Source: Andalucia godoyi And28 | Taxonomy: Eukaryota > Protista > Jakobida | Assembly (NCBI GenBank): GCA_009859145.1 | Contig: VRVR01000017.1 | Span: 126,607-190,606, forward strand | Reading direction: 5' to 3' | DNA length: 64,000 bases | Shown: positions 50,893-63,079 of the stretch, in pieces | Numbering within the stretch: the stretch's first letter is position 1 | How the letters are laid out: the number at the start of each line of letters is the position of its first letter | Translations under genes and position numbers: made by a program | Notes under the pieces: generated by a model | What the model was told of the DNA's origin: nothing | Seen by the model: only the letters and a program-made list of their open reading frames with translations | The model's database searches: none

Positions 50893-53800
50893 TTAATTCG
50901 CAGCCCCTCCATACAATAGAGCGTGGAATCGCGATTCCTCTGGAGCAGAAAATTCGGAATGTGACAAATGATCCACTGCTTTCCAGTCAAAGTACAGACG
51001 GATGCGCGAGCGGCCGGTAAGAGTTTCGGTGAAGGATCGAAGCCAGGAACGCAAACCTTTGTTCAGAGCTCGCTGAAATTCCGGTTGATCCGATTTCCAA
51101 GCAAAAGACAGCATTATCGCCGATTTTGATTCCCCCGTCGGTCCCGCTGAAGATCGACCGCTGAAAGCATCAAATCCATTCGCATTGGGAGACGGTGAAA
51201 GGATGGAAGCAGAAGCAGCAACCGTGTGAGCGGAGAAGGACAAGTAGAACGGCCGTCTTCCCCACGTTCTGCCCACCAAAAAGGCGCGCAAGATACCCGA
51301 GTCCTTGAAGTCGTCACGGCACACAAGCGACAAGGAGCTGCTGCTGAGCAGTTCCATAAGGAAAACTTCAGCATCATCGACGCCGGCGACAAACAAATCG
51401 AGAGTCTGCCGATATTTGCACATTCTCCAACATTGTTCGAACTTGTAGGCTGACATGGAAACCCGTTCTTCCGTGATAGTATCCAAGATCGAGATTACCA
51501 CTGGATTGCAACGAATCGTGATTTTGGGCACAGGAAATTCATCAACAGGCAGCGTCTTGTCACCTTCCAGCGACTTGTACTGAAAGGAAAATCTCGGATA
51601 AAATTCGACAGCAGACTCCACATCTCCGTACAGGAGGAATGGAAGGACCAGCTGGAAAACGTCACGCGCTTTCAGTTCATCCCTTCGATACGGCAGCGAG
51701 ATCGCATCCACTGCAGCCGGAGAAGCTGAGGAAAGGAACTGAACTTGCGAGTGATTGCACGTACACGTCAGGACTACATTGCTCAATGACAATGCAGAAA
51801 TGTTTCGAATGTGCAGCGTGATCATCACAGTTCGCGACACGAGATCGACGCGGTGGGAAGCCTCTACAAAAATCATATCGGACGGTCCAGACAATGTCCT
51901 GGTATCTGTTGACCGCACATACTTTGTGTTGACCAATTCGGACGACACATCTGTGGAGGCTATGGAGGGATTCATGAAAAAATCATCTGACAAGGCTGGG
52001 AAGAAGTACAGCGTATCCGAACCAGGGGAATTGAACAAATTTGCCGTAATATCGCGCTGCTGGAAAATACCAGTTACCTCGGTCTTGAAAGCAATATTTG
52101 AAAATGATACCTTGGTCATAATCATGGAAGCCAGGCTGTCAACAGCGCTTGCCTTGTTGAGGAACTTTGAACGATACGCTACCATTGCTTGCACAAATGA
52201 ACGCATGTACTGGTCGGAAAATGCAGCTCCTTGGGTGAGAAGAGTCCCTCGCCGTTCGATTTCCTTGTACAGCGCTTCTCCCTCATCCCCTGCAAAACAG
52301 TACAAGCACATCAGCTTGAGAACAGGGATGCCCCAGGTGCGGGCATCATCCAAAAATGACGAAATACCCTTGCGAAGTTGTTCGATGTGCATTTGGGCTT
52401 CTTGTGCGCTGAGAAGACCGGCAATTTGCATGCCCAGATCATACATCACAGCGAGACCTTCGGAAACATCCTCTCTCTTTCTCAACTCTGGAGATTTGAA
52501 AGCTCTCAACATGTAGGAAATTCCGTCTCGAACAAAGGAGCTGATCATCAAAAATGCCTGGTAGTGGACAGAATGCACCTGCTTCATGCCTTTGATGATC
52601 GGCACAAGCCCCGCAACTTCGGCCATGACGGTGAGCAAATATGACGGTGTAGTCGAAATTTGAGTCTTCGTAATGCTCAACAATTGCTCAATGCCATATG
52701 ATTCAATTCGCGTCCCTGATCCGTCCATGAGAGATCGTGAAAGCCCACGGAATGCTGCGAAAAAGACTTTGCGCGCATAGAGAGAGAATATGGGAGGGTA
52801 AATATTCACCGGAGTCACACTCACAATGCTCGGGAGATGCATCAGCACCATGTACTGATCCGCGTAAGGTCGTTCGAGACGGAAATTGGCGATCCATGCA
52901 TTCAACAGTTTGAGCAAACAATCCAGGAGTTGCTCGTCAGTAAAAATGAGAGCCGGCTGGGACAGTGCGCTTGTAGCAACTTCGCATCCAAGACGCACGG
53001 ACCTTGGAGTCGACAAGTAGACACATGCACGCATAAGGTTCATGGAAACCAACGGATTGGTCGAGTCGGACCACGTCTCCAAGAAATGCACACAAAATTC
53101 GTCTATATCTCCGTTGAAATCCTTGATGCAAATACTCAGCGGATAAATGGCATACGCAGCAGCAGCCGCAGGAAGTGCTAGAACGCGATTCTGGAACAAG
53201 TATCGATCGCGATAGATGAATCGTTCCAAGCTGGTGCAAAGAGCCTCAAAGGAGCGCGAATGAACCACGCTCTTCACTCTGTACAGAATATTGTAGACGC
53301 TCATAAACGCTGCGCCCGAAACTCCGTCGGCAACATCCAAGCATTTTTCAACCAGCAATTGAACAACCTCTCTGCAGAAGGCTCTGCTACACTCCACGGA
53401 AGTCTCGTACTGCATAATTAACTGAGACACGAGCGTCGCTCCAACTTCGCGGACCTCGTCAAATCTGCTGGAACATGCAATTCTGACGATTTCGGAAACA
53501 GCAGACTCCGTTTGGGAATCTAACAGCTTCTTCAAGGACATGACAGACGCGAATGCTCGTAAGCCAGAAATTGCAACGTCCGGATCGTCAGACTTTAAAT
53601 CTCCTCTGAGAAAGGACGCAACTTCAGAACTGTGTATTTGTTTGAAACATTGACAATAGAATAATGAGTCGACAAGTCCACCACGGAAAGAAAAAAGAGA
53701 GCAGAAGAGGAGAGAAGGAAAGGAAAGGGAAGGCAAGGGAAGGTAAGGGAGAGCAAGGATAAAAGACATACATGGTAACGGAGAGTGGGAGCGTTTGGAT

Positions 53801-54080
53801 AATGTAGTATGAAAGTTTGCGAACGAGCCGGTGCGCAGAAGCCGAACATCCAAACTACAGCGTACACAGTGAATACAATGCGCTACATAATCGGGGGGAA
53901 ATGCGGGACAGCAAGAGAAGAATCCTAAAAAAGACATACGCGAATGGCCTCCAACGCAGCAGTCTCGATGAGATGACCAGACTGCGCGTCATTGCACAGC
54001 CCGTAGAAAAACGAAATTTGCGAAGGGATATCCTTGCCGGAAATGGAGGACAGTGTATCTGTTCCAGATTCCTCAGCCAT
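50893..54080 (-). CDS. TPLATE: TPLATE-like large subunit of the TSET complex; exons 54080-53940, 53854-53772, 53629-50893
   Basis: Spliced N-terminus ...LVRKLSYYIIQTLPL...VASFLRGDLKSDDPDVAISGL matches the TPLATE KKLAFDLI...TDL--PDPDV pattern. RTLSGPSDMIFVEASH...MITLHIRNIS matches TLTGSSDP-YIEAYH...VTLHLKI-NLT. Both introns are GTATGT-AG and in frame. Confidence 0.7.
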
Positions 54081-54486
54081 GATGAAGGACTAATCAAGTG
54101 GTCCAGAAACTTGTGTTTTCTATTTTTTTTCTTTTCTTTCTTAAATTAAAAAAACAAAACAAAGTAAACAAAAAAAGAGAAGCCATTTTTCAAAACAAAA
54201 ATAATTATTTAGAAGAAAGAGGAAGGACTGGCAGATAGCACACAAGGATCGGAAAACCCTTGCCTGGGAGACGCCGAGGGGAAACCTTTGGATTACGACT
54301 GGTGATTTTTGAGTACCGAAGCGTTTCCCCTCCTCTGACACTCGCTGACACTCACTGACACCCTCTGACAGAGCACGGCCCGAATTTCTTCCAAGTTCAG
54401 AACAGCGCTTCTTCTTTATGCTCGTGCATTTCCTTCCATTTCTGTTTCCGCTGATCATTCCTCCCCGCTCTCCGTGTCGTGTCGCT

Positions 54487-55817
54487 ATGAAGATCTTATA
54501 TCTTGTTGCGGTTTTCCTGATTCCGCTTGCCTCAGCGTACGTCTCTGTGCATTATTCGGAAGCGGAATGCGTGCAGCAGTACTCGCTGTTTGTGCAGAAA
54601 TACGGACGGACATTCAAGTCTGCAGAAGAGCGCTTTTCTCGCTTTGACCTGTTCAAGCAGCGGCTGGACAAGGTTGCATCGCACAATGCGCTCAAAAAGT
54701 CGTACACCCTGAAGATTACCAAGTTTGCAGACTGGACTGCTGATGAGCGCAAGAGCCTACTGACTCCGATGGCTTCTTTCGAGTCCAAGTTCGACGAGAA
54801 GTACAATCTCGGCTGGCACAAGGTTCGTGACGTGCCTCTTCCTTTCAAGGTGGACTGGAGAGACAAGCATGCTGTTACCGAGGTCAAGGATCAAGGCGTA
54901 TGTGGTTCCCCCTCTTTTCCGTCTCCATTTTCTCCCTGTTTTTTCTTTCTTCGTTCCAAAAACCAAAAAGAAGACTCTTTTCCTTTTCTTTTTTTCGCCG
55001 TTTCACGGCCGCAATGATGTCAACATAACGACTTTCCTGAAACATTCTACGACGTAGCATTGTTATCAATGATGGTTGATAGGAAGAACTGAGCCTTGCA
55101 ATTTTCTCCCCTTCGTCTTTTTTCCACTTCTTTCTCATTCTTCGTCACTTCCCCCTCCTGTGCGCTGTGTCTCTGAACGTTGTGCTTACGATTCTTTTTT
55201 TGAACGGATTTTGCTTTGTCTTGCAGCAATGCGGTTCATGCTGGGCGTTTTCTGCCACGGGCGCCGTTGAGGGAGCATGGGCTCTAAGCAACGGGACGCT
55301 GGTCAGTCTTTCGGAGAGCCAACTGGTCGACTGCGACAAGACCAGCCAAGGATGCGACGGCGGGCTGATGAGCTGGGCTTACGAATATTTGATCCAGACT
55401 GGATATCAGGATACTGAATCCTCCTATGACTACCGCGATTATGACAGAAAGTGCAAGGCGTCGCCTGCTGATTTCGGTGCAAAGATCACGGGCTACGTGA
55501 ATGTCACCACGGACTCCACTCCAGCACTGCTGTCTGCGATTGCGCAACAGCCAATTTCTATTGGAGTCAACGCGGATGATGATTGGTTTGATTACGATTA
55601 TGGTGTCTACATGGGAATGTGCTCGTCAGATCCGGATCAGATGAACCATGGCGTTCTCCTTGTTGGAGCGGAAGCGAATGCGAAAGGAAATGGAGTGTGG
55701 ACTGTGAAGAACTCATGGGGTTCTGACTGGGGCATGGACGGATATATCGAGCTGTCCTTGGGTGCAAAGGAAAACTCTTGCGGACTGCTCAATACCCCAC
55801 AGTATCCGGTCGTTTAA
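54487..55817 (+). CDS. Cathepsin L-like papain-family cysteine protease; exons 54487-54897 and 55227-55817
   Basis: Signal peptide, ERFNIN-like I29 prodomain, DWR...VKDQG/QCGSCWAFS, CDGG, NHGVLLVG, KNSWG; 329-nt GTATGT-CAG intron. Confidence 0.96.
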
Positions 55818-55839
55818 TTTGCGTCTTCTCTTTACTCGC

Positions 55840-55840
<1 letters not shown>

Positions 55841-55878
<38 letters not shown>
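55841..55878 (+). repeat. (TG)19 microsatellite
   Basis: Direct reading. Confidence 0.95.
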
Positions 55879-55880
<2 letters not shown>

Positions 55881-56118
55881 CATTATTTATTTTGACGCTC
55901 GAGTTGTTCTATTCCGTTGTTTATTCAGTTGATGTCTATTTTCCGATGTATTTGTTTTGTTTTGTTTTGTTTTGTTTTTTGTTTTTGCGATTCGAACATG
56001 TAGCCTTGGTATTGATTAAAATTAATTAAAAAACGCATCCAAAAATGCCGAAATGCGAAGCACGCAAGCTACAAGCAATATCAGGCAGAATAAATAGGAC
56101 GAATACCGTTGAATAATA

Positions 56119-56537
56119 ACACGTCATTGTCATGCACACGGAAGGAAGTATACATAAGCAGACACGGTCAATACTGGCCGACACTAGCACGTTTGTTTCA
56201 CAGGAATTCGTGCTTACGCGTAGCCATCGATCATTCGTTCAGCGCATTGCCAAGAGACGAACTTCCAAGACACGATCTCATATCTCCAGGTGCATCAATC
56301 GCTGCAACTGAGGACACGAAAGCGCCTGCTGCTAGGGCCGTCAGCATCAAAATGCACCCTTCTCCGGAGCAACGTGTCACGCTGAGAAAGTGGCTCACCG
56401 ATTGATCGAGATTGGGGACGGAGCGCGGAACATTTATCTGAAGAACGCCGTGAGGCGTGTCGGGGCCTATCCCCTTCCCGGCAACGGGATGCAAGACTGA
56501 ATATGCATGTCCATCCGTAGATATGCATGTTCAGTGT
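56119..56537 (+). mobile_element. Non-autonomous Fanzor2/TnpB element, copy 2
   Basis: Same left end, same N-terminus/RuvC-III deletion junction and same +1 G as copy 1; different 70-nt central segment; ATA on both sides. Confidence 0.85.
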
Positions 56538-56560
56538 ATAATGTAGGCGCACCATGGTGT
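56400..56560 (+). ncRNA. Putative Fanzor omega-RNA scaffold plus guide, copy 2
   Basis: The same GNRA-capped hairpins (56445-56458, 56476-56489) and a 15-bp stem 56497-56534. Confidence 0.65.
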
Positions 56561-56568
56561 CCAATGTT

Positions 56569-56973
56569 CTATCTACATCGTCCAACGAAGCATTCTTCGA
56601 CAATAAAGTCGCTGAGAAATGCAGGACAAAAAAGAACCAGAACAAGAATGGCATGTCGCAGCCCAATATTGTGGTGCCAAAAGGACAAGTTTGAAAGCAA
56701 CGCGGATCGCATTCCGCTGCAAAATTCCGTTTCTTTCATGACTGCGGCAGTCCAAGGAAGCGGAGTGAACATCCTCATCATCGTTACCTCCTTCTTCATT
56801 GACAAGACAGTTTCTTCGAGAGCACGAAGCCTCCCCATAAGAGCCATGACTTCCTCCGGCAACGGACTCATTGGAAACACGTCGTCGGATCCTACCGAAA
56901 CATGCCGTCGTACAGGAGGGGTCTTGGGAGACAGCACCGACCTCGACTCAATTCTCTGAGACATTATCACCAT
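56569..56973 (-). CDS. Small hypothetical protein with short coiled coil and hydrophobic C-terminus
   Basis: EEVMALMGRLRALEETVLSMKKEV coiled-coil pattern; AILVLVLFCPAFL hydrophobic tail. Confidence 0.45.
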   Translation of the reverse strand: MVIMSQRIESRSVLSPKTPPVRRHVSVGSDDVFPMSPLPEEVMALMGRLRALEETVLSMKKEVTMMRMFTPLPWTAAVMKETEFCSGMRSALLSNLSFWHHNIGLRHAILVLVLFCPAFLSDFIVEECFVGRCR

Positions 56974-57184
56974 ATGTGGGACCGCAGCGAACGGAAGCAA
57001 TAAGAAAAAGAAGAAAGAAGAAGATCAGAAAACGAAGGGTGATGTCCGCGGAGACAGATTTCTGCACAGCTGTTGTTGACCTGAAGTGTATAGTCTTTTT
57101 TCTATGCGATGAATGTGCCTTCTTGCATGTGCTGGAGACCTCAAACGATTCTTAGAAATGAGGGAAGAAAACGCAGGCTGGGCT

Positions 57185-57186
57185 CA

Positions 57187-57241
<55 letters not shown>

Positions 57242-57248
57242 ACACACA
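57185..57248 (+). repeat. Imperfect (CA)n microsatellite
   Basis: Direct reading. Confidence 0.95.
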
Positions 57249-57490
57249 GAGCGAGTGAGCGAGAGAGGAAAAGCCAAAAATGGACGCAACGCGAGAGAAT
57301 ACGGCAGCATGCGGCTGATGCTTGATGGGGCCTGTCTACGGAGAATTGCGAACTGTCGAACGACTCACGAGCGGGTATTGGCTAACAATGGGGGGTTGGA
57401 AAATGTCTTTACCGCTTGGGAATACAAGCAATCACGCACGTTGTCCAGCGCTGCGAGCTGCGATGCAGAGGCAGTTAAGGCATGGTGTCC

Positions 57491-60400
57491 TTACATAAAC
57501 TTTTTGATCTCTTGACGAAACACAGTGACATTCTGCGAAAATTGGTCTCTGTTGCGGAACTCCAAGGAAAAATCAACGTTCAGCATTAATTTTTCAAACG
57601 CAACTTGCATGAGCTCACGTCGCTCGGGTTCCAACTCTTTGATGATTTGATTCTTAAGATCAGCAAACGACGCGGGGTTGACAGTGATGAGGGCCAGTAA
57701 CGGTCGAGAGATGGAATAGTGAGACGGAGACTCCTCAAAAACGGTGATGCGGAACAGAGAATTGAGGATCGACGGCAGCAGCGAAGGCATGGAAGTGAAG
57801 TTCGACAAAGACTCAAAGGTCGAGGAGCGCTTGCTGCATTCCTGCACATAGTAGGTGCACAAGTGATCCAAAGCAGCAGAGCTTTCAACCATCACCACCG
57901 AGTCCGGGCACTTGACACCCTCATGCAAACAGTTCACAATCTGAATGAACATTGACGCATCCCATGCACACACGGCTTTGGAATGGTCTGCAAACAGTGC
58001 ATTCAAGAAGGAGTACAGGACACGCGACACTTTTGGATAAGCAAGGATGTCCTCAAGAGAAACCGAAAGAACAAGAGTCACAGCGCTGGACAAGGCACTA
58101 GAGAGCGAGTCATCATTGTACAGCGCAAAAACGCCAAAATTACAATATTTTCCAGACAGCGCTGCAAGCAGGGTGGAAAGGACCAGGCGAATCCCTTTCA
58201 ATTTCTCTACATACAAGTCCTTTGAGGGGACCACATGAACCGCTTGCGTACAGTACCACACAAGAATTCGAGCAATTTCTTTGAACAGCAGAATGCCATT
58301 CGGAGAGGACGGACCAAAAATGATACGCTGATTTCGGTTTGTGGCAAGCTCGGCCAAGAAACGAAGACAGGCTGTGGACGCCTCATGGTCCAGAGCAAGA
58401 GCTTGCATTCCTTGGTAGATCACTGTGAATTTCTGTGGATGCAGCCATTCGAAAAATCTCTCAAACGACCTTCTGGATCCGCACGAACTGCACACACCCT
58501 GCAAATCTCGCAAAATACCAATAAACGCTTCTCGACTGGAGATATTGACAAAAGATGCGTCAAACGTCGCCATGAAATCAGAAAACTGCTGCGCCGAACA
58601 ATCATCCAGCGACAGAAGTTTTGACAATGCGGCATAATACGACGTTCTCGCTTGCATATTTCGGGGATTCGACAGAAAGGTCAACTCCATTGAAGCGTGA
58701 TTCTCCAACAGAGTAGCAACAGACGGCAGCTTCACCATGATCTTGCGCGTAACAAAACCTGTTGCAAGATCATTTAAAAGCGCCAACGTTTCCCCCACAA
58801 TTTCAGAATTCGCAGCCCATGCCCGGAGATTGGAAACGATACGGGACACAAAGATATCCATGACTTGTGTGTTGGTCTGAATTCCGCACAATGGGGCAAG
58901 TCTTTCAAAAATATTGGAGGACGTCACAGACTGTTCGCCCACATACGCTGCCCTGAACTCTTGGAAGAACCGCAGAATCGATTTTTCAAGAATGGAAATG
59001 CCTAGATAGCCCGCAGATATTTGCACAATCTGAAAAACGCGAGCTGTTATATCTCCATCAATGGTGTCTTTGTGATCAGCGGAGGAGGAGTTTCCGCGAT
59101 GTGCAAGAACTCCTGCTGCAATGTACGTCAGAAAGCACATTTGGCACGCTGCGACAACATTTTGGTCTGTCTGAAACGACTGGATGACAGGATCGAATAA
59201 CGATACAATGAAAGGCCCGAGTGTATCGTACATGGAACGGATCAAGTACGGAACTGACTCGATCTGCGAATGCAACAATTCTTCATCAACAAGAAAGTCT
59301 GGCAGATCAACGTTCGAAGAAACCGTGTTCGCGATAGCATGAAGCCTGGACAGCATGTATGTGCGAACAATCTCTGGAATCAGTTCCGTTAGCTCGGATG
59401 GACGACCTGACGTTCGAGTATGCGGTAAAGCAGAAGCAAGTCTAGAAAAGAAGGAGAGCAGATAATACGAAGAGTTAATGTAGTTGCTCCAATCAGAAAT
59501 TGTAGCGATGGTGAACTGAGAGACAACGTTGATCCAGTCCGAATAGCCGTCCACGGCTAGCAAATCCGTGAGCGGGAAGTTCGAGGACTTCATTTTCGCC
59601 AACAAGCGACAGACTTCATGTCGATTATCTGGATTCTCTAGTCCCACGCCATTTCGAAGAATCATCGTTGCCCCATTCAGCAACGTAGTTAGGAACATTT
59701 TCCTCTCAACTTCTGAGGAAAATAGAGAGCGACGCACCCCAGCAAGCTGAACCAAACACATCAGCACCGTCTTGTCTCGGGTTCTAAAGTACAGGTCGAA
59801 GAACAACCCGAGAATGTTCTCCTCTTCGACCAACGATCGCCAGCCAGAAGGCAGCTGAAGAGTCGCAGACTCATCGGCTGACTCGTCAGGAAAGACGCCA
59901 ACAAAATCGAACAGCAGGCACGACAGCGCAAGGGCCAATGCATCTTCATATTGCTGCGGAAACGTTCTGAGGAATCGCACAGCTGCTTCAAAAGCAGGTT
60001 TCAACGCAATGTCTCTAAATGACACCGCAACAGTTCGATGCTGACTCAATGATTTCTTCGGCGCCACGATGTTCATCTCAGACACAACAGCCTCCATCGC
60101 GCGGAATGCATTCATCCCAACGAGATCGTCAATGATTGTTCTGAAAGAGTCATGATCTTTCCAACCAAGCTTCGTAATGCGCGCCAGCAAAGTGTAGGCA
60201 GCTGAAGACAACTCTCGAAGCGAGCCTTTCGGACTCCGCAAGAATCGATAAATGACTTCGCGAACCTCCAATCGCTGCTGAAGTTCCATGGTGCTCCAAT
60301 GATTGGTGACGATTCTTTGAAGAGAAAGAAGAGTAATGTACAGTGCGTACGGTTCTTGAGAGCGCATCAGAATCTGGAACGCCTTTGGAACATCCGCTGT

Positions 60401-60514
60401 GGTCGACAAGAACTCTGCAATCCGGTTCTCGGCCTCCTTGCGCAATTCCGCAGAATGGGCAGTCAAAACTTGGGTGCATGTTGCCTCGTACTGCGAGAAA
60501 ACGGAATCATCCAT
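57491..60514 (-). CDS. XPO7: Exportin-7 / RanBP16
   Basis: LARITKLGW, LAGVRRSLFS, HEVCRLLAKMKS, ARTSYYAAL, ILRDLQG, RNQRIIFGPSSPNGILLFKE, ILAYPKV, HYSISRPLL, RNRDQFSQNVTVFR; ATG 60514. Confidence 0.95.
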   Translation of the reverse strand: MDDSVFSQYEATCTQVLTAHSAELRKEAENRIAEFLSTTADVPKAFQILMRSQEPYALYITLLSLQRIVTNHWSTMELQQRLEVREVIYRFLRSPKGSLRELSSAAYTLLARITKLGWKDHDSFRTIIDDLVGMNAFRAMEAVVSEMNIVAPKKSLSQHRTVAVSFRDIALKPAFEAAVRFLRTFPQQYEDALALALSCLLFDFVGVFPDESADESATLQLPSGWRSLVEEENILGLFFDLYFRTRDKTVLMCLVQLAGVRRSLFSSEVERKMFLTTLLNGATMILRNGVGLENPDNRHEVCRLLAKMKSSNFPLTDLLAVDGYSDWINVVSQFTIATISDWSNYINSSYYLLSFFSRLASALPHTRTSGRPSELTELIPEIVRTYMLSRLHAIANTVSSNVDLPDFLVDEELLHSQIESVPYLIRSMYDTLGPFIVSLFDPVIQSFQTDQNVVAACQMCFLTYIAAGVLAHRGNSSSADHKDTIDGDITARVFQIVQISAGYLGISILEKSILRFFQEFRAAYVGEQSVTSSNIFERLAPLCGIQTNTQVMDIFVSRIVSNLRAWAANSEIVGETLALLNDLATGFVTRKIMVKLPSVATLLENHASMELTFLSNPRNMQARTSYYAALSKLLSLDDCSAQQFSDFMATFDASFVNISSREAFIGILRDLQGVCSSCGSRRSFERFFEWLHPQKFTVIYQGMQALALDHEASTACLRFLAELATNRNQRIIFGPSSPNGILLFKEIARILVWYCTQAVHVVPSKDLYVEKLKGIRLVLSTLLAALSGKYCNFGVFALYNDDSLSSALSSAVTLVLSVSLEDILAYPKVSRVLYSFLNALFADHSKAVCAWDASMFIQIVNCLHEGVKCPDSVVMVESSAALDHLCTYYVQECSKRSSTFESLSNFTSMPSLLPSILNSLFRITVFEESPSHYSISRPLLALITVNPASFADLKNQIIKELEPERRELMQVAFEKLMLNVDFSLEFRNRDQFSQNVTVFRQEIKKFM

Positions 60515-60947
60515 GGCTAGGGGAAGAGGGGAAAACAACCAAACAGCGAACAGAGGACGGAAGAGGAAAAAGATTTTGCCAAAGAATACGTGGAGGGAAA
60601 AAAAAATAATGAATGAATGTTAGGAAGAAGGATGGAAAGCTGGGGGAAAGCTGGAAAAGCTGGAACTTTTTTGGTTTGGGAGATTCTGGACAAATTTGAA
60701 GGACGACTTTTGGTTTGGCTTGCAAATCGTGTCTTGCCGTAGTTTCTAGGATAATGATTACATTTTCTTCTTCTTCTTCCATTCTTTCTTTAATTTTCGG
60801 TTCGTTTTTCTTTTCTTTTTCGAACACCGTAATAAGATGCCAAAAAAAAAGAGCCAATTTCAAAGACATCTATTTCGTCTTACTGAAAATCCAACGAACT
60901 GAACAGCTTCTCTGAAACGGACTAAGAAAGTACTCTTCGAGAGCTGC

Positions 60948-62594
60948 TCAGTCCACAGGAGGCAGCTCCATCGCATGTACTCCTGCTGAAGTGGTATAAA
61001 TTAGTTTGCTGTTGTTCACGCTCACCAAATCTTGGCATTCTTCGATACTCAGAGTGTTGATGCAGGAGCCGGAACCTGTGCGAAACACATTGATGTCAGT
61101 TGATCGGGCAGTGGAATACACGAACTCGCCATCTTGTGACACATCGGTTGCAAAACAAAAGTCACGTGGATTCACAGCGGACGGAGGAATGCCTTGGCGA
61201 AACCACAAGCGAATTCTTCTCATTCGGAAGTCAATGAGCGCCAAAGAACCGTCTACATTTGACACCACACATTCGGAATGATAGGGGACTCTGTGGATCG
61301 ACAATGGTGCAAAAGGCATTCGGCACATGCCAAGCCTTTCCACATTTCGGGCATCTCGTGAGTCGAACATTGCCATGACTCCGTTGCGACCACCGACGAG
61401 GACGCTGCAGCAGTCCTGGTTCGGTGAGGTCGGAGAACTGCTGATGTACGAACATGATTGGCCATTTGAGAACGGATAATCCGTGACGACAGAAAACGTT
61501 CGGACGTCCACTTCACGCAGTGTCAGCGAGGAACAGGTCAGAAACCGAAAGACATCAGCAGGGTTCTCATCAAAATCGCGGATTTCATCAAATGCGCTTC
61601 TTGGTGAAAATCGATGCACCGATCCCGATGCACCCCAACCCATGTCTTCAGACTCCACTACAGACACCAGTGCAAGAGAAGGAAGCTTATCATCTCGTTG
61701 TGATATCGCCGCAAATGTGAAGGGCAAAGGACATGACTTCAGCTTCGTAAAGTAGTCCACCTGTGATGCTTACAGTTAGAAGGATTGTTTTTTCCCAACA
61801 GGAAAAAGAAGAAGACCAGGAAGGAAACATTAAAATTAATAAAAATAATAATACTAATACTAATATGAAAATCGCATACACCAGGAAGAGAAAATGTGCA
61901 TTCCTGCGAGCCAAGGCAAATGCACGGACCGTCAGCAGCGAAAATACAATCTCGTTGCTGATGATAAGCTACACGATGCCACCCGCTGACCCGTAGCGGA
62001 AACCCGTACAAGATTCTCGATCGATCCTTTATCGACGATATGGTGCTTGTATCGAGTCTGGAGCAATTTCAAAGAATATACGTTTTCAATTTTGATTAGT
62101 ACTATGATGACGATGACAATGACGATTTAGGCAAGCCACCAATCCCTCAACCACCCGCTCAGCAAACAAAACAAAACAAACAAACAAACAACAAGAAGCA
62201 CATACAAGTAACGTTGGCGAGCTGTGTTCGATGACAGTAACGTGTTTCGGATATTCTGAAACATGGTCGGTGGCGGCCGTATTGGAGCGATGTGGTCCAG
62301 CCGAGTCGCATGGCTGCTGTGGATTTTCTCCGATTCCAAGAGCGCAGACGCCACTTCTCGGGGAGTGTTCTTTGTAATGCGAAAGTACTTTCCTTTTGAT
62401 TTGTCAAATACAAAACCCGGAAGTTCTCCAATATAACCCGGGATACTGGATTCCTGCTGGGACGATGCCGACTGCGACACGCCCGCGCTGTCAGAGCCAC
62501 ACGCCGAGGACTGATTCACACTAGAGTCGTCGGGCGTTTGCCCATAACCTCGATGAAAACGACCTCTTTTTTTGGGTCGGCGGCTCCGGTTCAT
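60948..62594 (-). CDS. DCAF4/WDR21-like WD40 protein; exons 62594-62206, 62057-61880, 61760-60948
   Basis: The N-terminal ELPGFVFDKSKGKYFRI matches DCAF4 ELPGFYFDPEKKRYFRL; VLVGGRNGVMAMFDSR; two GTATGY-AG introns join in frame. Confidence 0.72.
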
Positions 62595-63079
62595 AGCCTC
62601 TCAACACATGGAGCAGTCGTTCTATAAAAAGAAGAATTAAAAATAAATAAACATATACATTTAATTTTTAATTAATAAAAGTTTTTTCAAAACCAAAAAA
62701 ATGAAATGAAAGACAATGGTCCGTTGTCCCGGACTTTTCGACGTTTTCCCTCTTCAGCAGCTGTACAAACAACTCGACTGTGCACTGTCATCAAGTCCTC
62801 GTTAAAGCCTCACTCCTTCACTTTCTCTCTCTCTCTCTCCTCTCCTCTCCTGTCCTCTCCATGCCTCCGAGTCCAGACTTCCGAAATCCGAATGCTGCAC
62901 ATATACCGCTCGTTTTCGATATTATTTATATTTATTTATTTAATTTTTTGTCTTTTTGTTTTCTTCTTTGGCTTCTTTCTTCTCATCTTTTCCGTCCTGC
63001 ATCTTGTCTTTCAACATTTTGTTTTCTTTGTTCTGTGGTTGTTATTTGTCTTTTCCTTCTGCTGCATCATCTTCTTTCA

